Shown: one piece after another, positions 38,789 through 46,658 of the stretch
How the letters are laid out: the number at the start of each line of letters is the position of its first letter
Numbering within the stretch: position 1 is the stretch's first letter
Source of the DNA: Thermodesulfobacteriota bacterium
Lineage (GTDB): Bacteria > Desulfobacterota_D > UBA1144 > Nemesobacterales > Nemesobacteraceae
Reading direction: 5' to 3'
Length of the DNA stretch: 64,000 nucleotides
Assembly (NCBI GenBank): GCA_965243595.1
Contig: OZ251569.1
Location: forward strand, 1,025,177 to 1,089,176
Translations under genes and position numbers: made by a program
Notes under the pieces: generated by a model
Databases searched by the model: none
What the model was told of the DNA's origin: nothing
Seen by the model: only the letters and a program-made list of their open reading frames with translations

Positions 38789-38798
38789 GGGGGGGGGG
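38789..38798. repeat. Poly-G homopolymer tract, 10 nt, 19 bp upstream of the cassette A -35
   Basis: GCAAATGGGGGGGGGGTAAACTCC. The same arrangement recurs at 41333-41343 (11 G), 43970-43979 (10 G) and 46566-46575 (10 G). Confidence 0.9.
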
Positions 38799-38816
38799 TA
38801 AACTCCTAATAAATTC

Positions 38817-38846
38817 TTGACAGCGCGCCTGGAAACATATTATAGT
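38817..38846 (+). promoter_or_regulatory. Sigma70-type promoter of cassette A (TTGACA-N18-TATAGT)
   Basis: Perfect -35 TTGACA at 38817-38822 and -10 TATAGT at 38841-38846. An SD GGGAGA and an ATG at 38882 follow. Confidence 0.6.
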
Positions 38847-38881
38847 TTTCCTGCATTGCAGACAGTGACGGGAGAATAGAA

Positions 38882-39205
38882 ATGGAATACGAAGCGAAGT
38901 CATACGCGGAGAGACCGTTCTCGGAGATTGAGAAGCGAACTGCGGTTTCGGTTCGGAAAGACTTTTGCGAAGCGAGGCGCTCGGGTTCTTTATCGTTTTC
39001 CGGAGCCGTCGGGTCGGAGTCGTTCGTTCCGAACGCCCTCCGTTTCGAAGAAGTTGCGGACATGAGAGTCGAAGCGCGGACTTCCCGCGTAATACCCCCC
39101 CCCCCTGTTCCAATCTGGAACACGCTTAGGATTTCCCGGGTTTCCTGTTCGGGCTTTTCTTCTCGTTCTGGCCTTGGCCGCGGGAGTTTCCTCTTTCCCG
39201 TCTGA
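38882..39205 (+). other. Cassette A 5' leader ORF (conserved N-terminal extension MEYEAKS...VIPPPP), out of frame with the gene body at the poly-C tract
   Basis: Strong SD plus ATG. About 90% identical to the in-frame N-termini of cassettes C and D. After the 11-C tract it reads in the wrong frame and stops at 39205. Confidence 0.5.
39095..39105. repeat. Poly-C tract, 11 nt, in the cassette A 5' coding region (encodes PPP; frame-determining)
   Basis: AATACCCCCCCCCCCTGTTCC. The paralogs carry 9 C (41640-41648), 13 C (44237-44249) and 10 C (46872-46881). The 10-C and 13-C copies are in frame; the 11-C and 9-C copies are not. Confidence 0.9.
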
Positions 39206-40931
39206 TGTTTCCGCGCAGAACCGAAATTTGTTTCAGACTCCAGGTGCTGGGCAGCAGATAAGCGGTGTTTCCAATAGCGCCATAATCCTAGCCATATTGG
39301 GTTCGAAGAGCATCACCCTCGGGGCTACGCATAATTTTACCTGGCAAGTGTATGAAATTTACGCCTGTGCCAAAACCGAGACGCCGACAAGCAACGCCGT
39401 CTCCTACGTGTCGTCGGGATGTACATCACTTGGTTCACCTACTACCGTAACCAATGCCAATGTGAGCTTCACCGTGACCCAAACCATGATTGACAACGGA
39501 GGGGTTGTCATCGTGGCGATACGAAAAACTGTTAACGAACTTCGTTTCGGCCAGTGGGTTCCGCTTACCCCGCCCATAACTGTGAGTCAGAGCGGGACGC
39601 TCTCGCTTGTGGAGGGCGGAAGCGGGACGTACACGGTGAGGCTCAATGTGCAGCCCACGGCCGCCGTCACCATACGCGTGGCGAGCAACAACGCGGGCGT
39701 TGCGGTCAAGGCGGGTTCGAATCCGGCCGGGGCAAGCCAGGACCTTACGTTCGAGGCGAACGACGATAACGGCAAGATATGGAGCACGGCGCAGACGGTG
39801 ACGGTCGTGGCGCTTTCCGACGACAATCTGCTCGACGAGAGGGCGATTCTGTCGCACGATGCGTCAAGCGGCAGCGCGCCGGAGTACTCCGGCACCACAG
39901 GCAGGGTGAACGTGAACGTTACGGACGACGACTATCCCGGTCTCACGATAACCGGGGCGACGGCGTCGGAGAGCGAGGAGACGCTTGATTTCACGGTGAG
40001 GCTGAGCATGGCGAGCAGTCGCCGCGTGACGGTGCCCTGGACGGTGATTGCGGCCGGTCCGGACGCGGGGACGGCGACTCCCGGGACGGCTGGCAGCGGG
40101 GACTACGACCATTCGAGCGCGAGGAGCGGGACGCTTGTTTTCTACGAGGGGTCGCCTCTGACGCGGGTCATATCGGTGCCGATAAACGACGATTCGGTGT
40201 TGGAAGGAGACGAGACGGTGAAGGTGTCTCTGGGAACTCCTGTTCCCGGCGACGTGCGCGTTTCGGGTTCGGGGGTAGCCACGGGCACCATAGTGGACGA
40301 CGACGAGAGGACGGTGGTCGGCGCGACGTCGGGAGAGTTTTCGCAGGGAGGCACTATGGTGACGGTGGATTCGAGGCTTCCCGAGAACACTGGTCTCGAG
40401 GTGGTACTGCCTACGGAGCTTGAGAGCGGAGGGGAGGCGATAGAGGAGTTGGTCGTCACCCTGCGGGAGGCTGACGAGGACGTGGAGATAGACCCTGATC
40501 TTTTCGGATACACTGGAGACGCCGCGGACCACGTGCTGGTGGACGTGGACGTTTCCCCTGCGCCGGATGCCGCCGTGAGGATATGTCTTCCGGTGACGGA
40601 GGAGCTTCGCACGGCGGCGGGAGAGCGGAGGAGGCTTTACCTGATAAGGTTCTCCGGGGGGACATGGGAGGAGCTCTCTTCGACTGTAAGGAGAGAAAAG
40701 GTGTGCGCGGACACGAGCGGATTTTCTCCATTCGCGGTGGTGTACGAGCTGATGAACATGGGCTCGGGCAATGGAAGTTCTGGAAGCGGTGGTGGCGGGT
40801 GCGCGATTTCGGGTGAGAATCGGTTTGCCTCGCCGGGGGCATGGTTTTCCTCGCCGGTGCTGCCGGCTGTGCTACTGATGCCTCTTCTGTTTTTCGGACG
40901 CTTTCGGAAGAAAGGCAGACAGTTTCTGTAG
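39174..40931 (+). CDS. Surface protein cassette A (body): signal peptide, variable N-terminal domain, two Calx-beta domains, conserved two-Cys module, C-terminal sorting tail. Apparently phase-OFF relative to its ATG leader.
   Basis: The frame continues upstream to the poly-C tract and encodes a signal peptide (RAFLLVLALAAGVSSFPSDVSA|Q). Calx-beta DETVKVSLGT... and LDFTVRLS.... The tail is SGGGGCAISGENRFASPGAW-[hydrophobic helix]-FFGRFRKKGRQFL. Confidence 0.75.
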   Translation: MAAGVSSFPSDVSAQNRNLFQTPGAGQQISGVSNSAIILAILGSKSITLGATHNFTWQVYEIYACAKTETPTSNAVSYVSSGCTSLGSPTTVTNANVSFTVTQTMIDNGGVVIVAIRKTVNELRFGQWVPLTPPITVSQSGTLSLVEGGSGTYTVRLNVQPTAAVTIRVASNNAGVAVKAGSNPAGASQDLTFEANDDNGKIWSTAQTVTVVALSDDNLLDERAILSHDASSGSAPEYSGTTGRVNVNVTDDDYPGLTITGATASESEETLDFTVRLSMASSRRVTVPWTVIAAGPDAGTATPGTAGSGDYDHSSARSGTLVFYEGSPLTRVISVPINDDSVLEGDETVKVSLGTPVPGDVRVSGSGVATGTIVDDDERTVVGATSGEFSQGGTMVTVDSRLPENTGLEVVLPTELESGGEAIEELVVTLREADEDVEIDPDLFGYTGDAADHVLVDVDVSPAPDAAVRICLPVTEELRTAAGERRRLYLIRFSGGTWEELSSTVRREKVCADTSGFSPFAVVYELMNMGSGNGSSGSGGGGCAISGENRFASPGAWFSSPVLPAVLLMPLLFFGRFRKKGRQFL

Positions 40932-41361
40932 CGTAGGTGGAAAGGAGTCTTTTCCCCCTTTGACTGACGCTCCGGCGGAGACAGTTGGAACTACAGGGGC
41001 AGGGAGCCGTTTGAGCGTGGACGGGATGTTCGATGTGTCTCTCAAAGCCCGGCGTGAGGTCAGCGCGGGCGAACCCGAGCACTAACTCATCCCTTCAGGG
41101 CGGGCTCAACTGGCAGAATTTGAGCTGGCTGCAACCCATTATTCTCTCTGGCTTGCGCGACGCCTGTGTATCGGGCGGGAATGTTCCTTGACCGTCGGGT
41201 CTTTGAGATTTCCGCTCTGTCCGCGTCGGCTCTCGACATTGCGAAAACGGGGTCTTCATGTATCTTCGGGTGACGTGGCGCACGGAGGTTCTCTCGACGT
41301 CAAGATTAAGATACTCCTGCAATTTCGCAAATGGGGGGGGGGGTAAACTCCTAATAAATTC

Positions 41362-41391
41362 TTGACAGCGCACCTGGAAACATATTATAGT
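41362..41391 (+). promoter_or_regulatory. Sigma70-type promoter of cassette B (TTGACA-N18-TATAGT)
   Basis: Same architecture as cassette A. Leader ATG at 41427. Confidence 0.6.
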
Positions 41392-41426
41392 TTTCCTATA
41401 TTGCAGACAACGACGGGAGGATAGAA

Positions 41427-41663
41427 ATGGAATACGAAGCGAAGTCATCGGCGGAGAAACCGTCCTCGGAGCTTGAGAAGCAAATTGCGGTTTCGGTTCG
41501 GAAAGACTTTTGCGAAGCGAGGCGCTCGGGCTCTTTGTCGTTCTCCGGTGCCGGCGGGTCGGAGTCGTCCGGTCCGAACGCCCTCCACGGCGAAGAAGTT
41601 GCGGACGTGAAAGTCGAAGCGCAGAGCGCCCGCGTAATACCCCCCCCCTCTATTCCAATCTAG
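41427..41663 (+). other. Cassette B leader ORF, frameshifted at the 9-C tract
   Basis: MEYEAKSSAEKPSSELEKQIAVSVRKDFCEARRSGS... ends shortly after the poly-C tract. The signal-peptide segment (41694-41760) is in a third frame relative to the body. Confidence 0.5.
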
Positions 41664-41853
41664 AACACGATTAGGGTTTCCCGGGTTTCCGGCATGGGCT
41701 TTTATTCTCGTCCTGGTCCTGGCCGCGGGAGTTTCCTCTTTCCCGTCCGACGCTTCCGCGCAGAACAGAAATGTTTACTTATTACCGGGGGTCTTCAGTT
41801 GGAGTCCTCTATCCGTTCCCGGTGCCCTTCGAGCCGAGACGGGCCGACAGAGG

Positions 41854-43566
41854 GTGGCGATAGAGTATGCTTCAGAGGGTGGGGGTCAATACTATACCTA
41901 TGGCACACATGGCCTTTACGCCTGTTCCTGGAGCGGGACGCCGACAACCGACGGCCAGACTCCGAACTGCGAGTCTCTTGGAAATGCAAACAACAACAGG
42001 TGGAGGCGGCTTCAGCCCAAGGACTTTGAAGTGACCCAGACCATGGTCGACAACGGAGGATTCGTTCTCTTGATGAGGGAGCATGGCCCCCAATTTTATC
42101 GAAGGGTCATTGCCTTCTGGGTTCCGCTGTACGGTCTGGACGTGAGTCCTGGCGGGGGGCTTTCGCTTGAGGAGGGAGAAAGCGGGACGTACATGGTGAA
42201 GCTCAGAAGCTGGCCCGCGCGCAACTACCATACCGCTTCGGGTCCTGAGCTGACCAAGACGGACGAAGCCGTCACGATACGCGTGGTGAGCAACAACCCG
42301 GGCGTCGTGGTCAAGGAGGGAGAAGAACTTAGGTTCGAGGCGAACGACGATGACGGCAAGATATGGAGCACGGCGCAGACGGTGACGGTGGAGTCCGTTT
42401 CCGACGACAATTCGCTCGACGAGAGGGCGGCTCTGTCGTTCGAGGTGTCAAGCGACAGCCCTTCGGAGTATTCCTGGATTGCCGGCGACGACAGGTTGAA
42501 TGTGAACGCGAACGTTATGGACGACGACTATCCCGGTCTCACGATAACCGGGGCGACGGCGTCGGAGAGCGATGAGACGCTCGATTTCACGGTGAAGCTG
42601 AGCACGACCAGCAGTCGCCGTGTGACGGTGGACTGGACGGTGATTACTGACGGAGCGGACGCGGGGACGGCGACGCCCGGGACGGCTGACAGCGGGGATT
42701 ACGACTACTGGAGCACGGTGGGAGGGACGCTTGTCTTTTCCGAGGGGTCGCCTCTGACGCGTGTCATATCGGTGCCGATAAACGACGATTCGGTGTTGGA
42801 AGGAGACGAGACGGTGAAGGTGTCTTTGGGAACTCCGAGTCCGGGCGACGTGCGCGTTTCGGGTTCTGGGGTGGCCACGGGCACCATAGTGGACGACGAC
42901 GAGAGGACTGTGGTCGGAGCGGCGTCGGGAGAGTTTTCGCAGGGAGACACCAGGGTGACTGTGGATTCGAGGCTTCCGGAGGACACGGGGCTCGAGGTGG
43001 TTCTGCCTGCGGAGCTTGAGCGGGGCGGGGAGGCGATAGGAGGTCTGGTCGTCACCCTGCGGGAGGCGGACGCGGACGTGGAGATAGACGAAGGTCTTTT
43101 CGGATACACTGGAGACGACGCGGACCACGTGCTGGTGGACGTGGACGTTTCCCCGGTGCCGGACGCCGCCGTGAGGATATGCCTTCCGGTGACGGAGGGA
43201 CTTCGCATGGCGGCGGGAGAGCGGAGGCTTTACCTGATAAGGTTCTCCGGAGGGTCGTGGGAGAGGCTTTCCTCGACCGTGGAAGGGGAGATGGTGTGCG
43301 CGGACTCAGGCGGATTTTCTCCTTTCGCCGTGGTGTACGAGCGGATGAACTCGGTCTCGGGAAGCGACGGCCGGACTCCGTCTTCCCCGAATGAGATGAA
43401 CTCGGGCCCGGGGAGCGGTGGCGGCGGATGCGCGATTTCGGGTGAGAATCGGTTCGCCTCGCCTGCGGCATGGTCTTCCTCGCCGGCGCTCTTGGCAATG
43501 CTGCTGATACCTCTTTTGTTTTTCGGACGCTTTCGGAAGAGGAGGCAGACAGCTTCTGTAGCGTAG
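41854..43566 (+). CDS. Surface protein cassette B (body), possibly a phase-OFF or decaying copy
   Basis: Same domain order and the same tail ...GSGGGGCAISGENRFASPAAW...LLFFGRFRKRRQTASVA. The leader, signal peptide and body are in three different frames, which means at least two frameshifts. Confidence 0.65.
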   Translation: MAIEYASEGGGQYYTYGTHGLYACSWSGTPTTDGQTPNCESLGNANNNRWRRLQPKDFEVTQTMVDNGGFVLLMREHGPQFYRRVIAFWVPLYGLDVSPGGGLSLEEGESGTYMVKLRSWPARNYHTASGPELTKTDEAVTIRVVSNNPGVVVKEGEELRFEANDDDGKIWSTAQTVTVESVSDDNSLDERAALSFEVSSDSPSEYSWIAGDDRLNVNANVMDDDYPGLTITGATASESDETLDFTVKLSTTSSRRVTVDWTVITDGADAGTATPGTADSGDYDYWSTVGGTLVFSEGSPLTRVISVPINDDSVLEGDETVKVSLGTPSPGDVRVSGSGVATGTIVDDDERTVVGAASGEFSQGDTRVTVDSRLPEDTGLEVVLPAELERGGEAIGGLVVTLREADADVEIDEGLFGYTGDDADHVLVDVDVSPVPDAAVRICLPVTEGLRMAAGERRLYLIRFSGGSWERLSSTVEGEMVCADSGGFSPFAVVYERMNSVSGSDGRTPSSPNEMNSGPGSGGGGCAISGENRFASPAAWSSSPALLAMLLIPLLFFGRFRKRRQTASVA

Positions 43567-43997
43567 GTGGAAAGGAGTTTTTTCCTCCTTTGACTGACAC
43601 TCCGGCGGGGACGGTCGGTCGGAACTACAGGGGCAGGGAGCCGTTTGAGCATGGACGGGATGTTCAACGTGTCTCTCAAAGCCCGGCGCACTGAGGTCAG
43701 CACGGGCGACCCGAGCGCTAATTCATCCCTCCAAGGTGGGCTCAACTCAACTGGCAGGATTTGAGCTGGCTGCGACCCATTCTCTCTGACTTGCGCAACC
43801 CCTGCTTATAGGGCGGGAATGTTCCTTGACCGTCGGGTCTTTGAGACTTATGCTCTGTCCGCGTCGGCTCTCGACATTGCGAAAACGGGGTCTTCTGTAT
43901 CTTCGGGTGATGTGGCGCGCGGAGTTTCTCTCGACGTCAAGATTAAAATACTCCCGCAATTCCGCAAATGGGGGGGGGGTAAACTCCTAATAAATTC

Positions 43998-44027
43998 TTG
44001 ACAGCGCACCTGGAAACATATTATAGT
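43998..44027 (+). promoter_or_regulatory. Sigma70-type promoter of cassette C (TTGACA-N18-TATAGT)
   Basis: -35 at 43998-44003, -10 at 44022-44027, SD GGGAGGA, ATG at 44063. Confidence 0.6.
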
Positions 44028-44062
44028 TTTCCTATATTGCAGACAACGACGGGAGGATAGAA

Positions 44063-46078
44063 ATGGAATACGGAGCGAAGTCATCGGCGGAGAAACCGTC
44101 CTCGGAGCTTGAGAAGCGAGGCTCTCGGGCTCTTTATCGTTTTCCAGAGGTCGGGTCGGAGTCGTCCGGTCCGAACGCCCTCCGCGGCGAAGAAGTTTCG
44201 GACATGAAAGTCGAAGCGCTGACCGCCTGCGTAATACCCCCCCCCCCCCTGTTTCAACTTAGAACATGTGCTGGGACTCTCCGCGTACTGACGTCGGCTT
44301 TTCTTTTTGTTCTGACCCTTGCCGTGGGAGTCTTGTTTCTTTCGCTGCAGTCTTTTGCCCAAGAGGTGCAGACATGGAAAAGACCCGGCGACGGCCGGGC
44401 CAATAACTGGTCAACACTAACAACAAAGCTCTTACCTGTGACAGGAACACAGACCGTTAGGTTGCGAAACAACACTTTTGGTCAGTATAGGGCTCACGCA
44501 ATTTACGCGTGCGCATGGGTCAGTTTGGAGCCACCACACGCCACCAACGCTCCATCGTCCGGCTGTACGAAAATTTATAATGCCATAACTGCAGGCTCAA
44601 ACACCTTTGAAGTCAATCATTCCGTCTCCATAACCCAAGCCATGATCAACAACGGGAAAGTCGTCTTGGTGGCACGATATGAGTATTCGCCGATGGTAAA
44701 TATGTGGGCGGTGGGAATTCCATTGGTGCCTAGGGCCATAATAGTGAGTCAGTCGACGGCGATTGGTCTTACGGAGGGGAGCACTTCTACCTACACTGTG
44801 AAGCTTGAGGCGCAGCCTGCGGACGATGTCACGATACGCGTGGCGAGCAACAACGCGGGCGTCGCGGTCAAGGCGGGTTCGAATCCGGCCGGGGCGAGAC
44901 AGGACATTACGTTCAACTCCACCACATGGAATACGCCGCAGACGGTGACGGTGGAGGCGCTTTCCGACGACAATCTGCTCGATGAGAGGGCGATTCTGTC
45001 GCACGAGGTGTTAAGCGGCAGCGCACCGGAGTACTCCGGTGCCGCTGGCAGGGTAAACGTAAACGTTATGGATGACGACTATCCCGGTCTCATGATAACC
45101 GGCGCATCGGCGTCGGAGAGCGATGAGACGCTTGATTTCACGGTGAAGCTGAGTGCGGCGAGCAGTCGCCGCGTGGCAGTGGACTGGACGGTGATTGCGG
45201 CCGGTCCGGACGCGGGGACGGCGACGCCCGGGACGGCGGGCAGCGGGGACTACGACCATTCGAGCGCGAGGAGCGGGACGCTTGTTTTCTACGAAGGGTC
45301 GCCGCTGACGCGAACCATACCGGTGCCGATAAACGACGATTCGGTGTTGGAAGGAGACGAGACGGTGAAGGTGTCTTTGGGAACTCCCAGTCCCGGGGAC
45401 GTGCGCGTTTCGGGTTCTGGGGTGGCCACGGGCACCATAGTGGACGACGACGAGAGGACGGTGGTTGGCGTGACGTCGGGAGAGTTTTCGCAGGGAGACA
45501 CCAAGGTGACGGTGGATTCCAGGCTTCCCGAGGACACGGGGCTTGAGGTGGTTCTGCCTACGGAGCTTGAGAGCGGCGGGGAGGCGATAGAGGAGCTCAC
45601 GGTGACTCTGGGGCCTTCGGACGTGGAGATAGACGCTGACCTTTTCGGATACACGGGAGACGCCGCGGACCACATGCTGGTGGACGTGGATGTTTCCCCC
45701 GTGCCGGACGCCGCCGTGAGGATATGCCTTCCGGTGACGGAGGGGCTTCGCATGGAGGCGGGAGAGCGGAGGCTTTACCTGATAAGATTCTCCGGGGGGA
45801 CATGGGAGGAGCTTTCCTCGACCGTGGAGGGGGAGATGGTGTGCGCGGACACGAGCGGATTTTCTCCATTCGCGGTGGTGTACGAGCGGATGACGAACAT
45901 GGGCTCGGGCAGTGGAAGCTCTGGAAGCGGTGGCGACGGCGGATGTGCTATTTCGGGTGAGAATCGGTTCGCGTCGCCTACGGCATGGTTTTCCTCGCCG
46001 ATGTTCTTGGTACTGCTGCCTCTTTTGTTTTTCGGCCGCTTTCGGAAGAGATGCAGACGGTTTCCGCACGGGGAATGA
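44063..46078 (+). CDS. Surface protein cassette C, intact and in frame through the 13-C tract (phase-ON)
   Basis: 671 aa. Leader, PPPP, signal peptide (LTSAFLFVLTLAVGVLFLSLQSFA|QE), variable domain, Calx-beta domains, conserved module, and tail GGDGGCAISGENRFASPTAW...LLFFGRFRKRCRRFPHGE. Confidence 0.8.
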   Translation: MEYGAKSSAEKPSSELEKRGSRALYRFPEVGSESSGPNALRGEEVSDMKVEALTACVIPPPPLFQLRTCAGTLRVLTSAFLFVLTLAVGVLFLSLQSFAQEVQTWKRPGDGRANNWSTLTTKLLPVTGTQTVRLRNNTFGQYRAHAIYACAWVSLEPPHATNAPSSGCTKIYNAITAGSNTFEVNHSVSITQAMINNGKVVLVARYEYSPMVNMWAVGIPLVPRAIIVSQSTAIGLTEGSTSTYTVKLEAQPADDVTIRVASNNAGVAVKAGSNPAGARQDITFNSTTWNTPQTVTVEALSDDNLLDERAILSHEVLSGSAPEYSGAAGRVNVNVMDDDYPGLMITGASASESDETLDFTVKLSAASSRRVAVDWTVIAAGPDAGTATPGTAGSGDYDHSSARSGTLVFYEGSPLTRTIPVPINDDSVLEGDETVKVSLGTPSPGDVRVSGSGVATGTIVDDDERTVVGVTSGEFSQGDTKVTVDSRLPEDTGLEVVLPTELESGGEAIEELTVTLGPSDVEIDADLFGYTGDAADHMLVDVDVSPVPDAAVRICLPVTEGLRMEAGERRLYLIRFSGGTWEELSSTVEGEMVCADTSGFSPFAVVYERMTNMGSGSGSSGSGGDGGCAISGENRFASPTAWFSSPMFLVLLPLLFFGRFRKRCRRFPHGE

Positions 46079-46593
46079 GCTTTTTTCTCTATAGGATTAG
46101 ACTTTCCGGCCGAAAACAACGAGATGCAACGGCAATGCCCGTTGCTGCCAAGAGCAACCAGATTCGGCGTTTTCCGTATGGCGCCGTAGGAGTGAAACTT
46201 TGCGGAGAGGTCGTTCCCTTGTTTTTTTCCGCCGATATGCAACTGACCGAAAAACACGAAAACGGCATTTTGCGGTGTTTCGCGAAAAATGAAACCGCCG
46301 AACTCGGGAAGGAATGCACGGAATCGGCACCCATGTCGTCGGAAAACGGCCCGGGGCGGGGCGACGCACAAAGTAAGTCGTAGGGGATTCCGTTCGGAGA
46401 AAAAGGGCGTTTGACAGCGCGGCCTGAAAGGGCGGGCCAACTGGTATAGGAGTAGCGGTGTCGCTGGCCGGTTCTCTCGCGCAACGCCTGCGTAATCTTC
46501 GCGGGACGTTGCGCGCGGAATTTCTCTCGACATCAAGATTAAAGTACGCTTGCGATTTCGCAAACGGGGGGGGGGTAAATTCCTAACAAATTC

Positions 46594-46623
46594 TTGACAG
46601 CGCGCCTGGAAACGTATTATAAT
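46594..46623 (+). promoter_or_regulatory. Sigma70-type promoter of cassette D (perfect TTGACA-N18-TATAAT)
   Basis: -35 at 46594-46599, -10 at 46618-46623, ATG at 46659. Confidence 0.65.
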
Positions 46624-46658
46624 CTTCCCATCTTGAAGACAGTGACGGGAGGGTAAAA

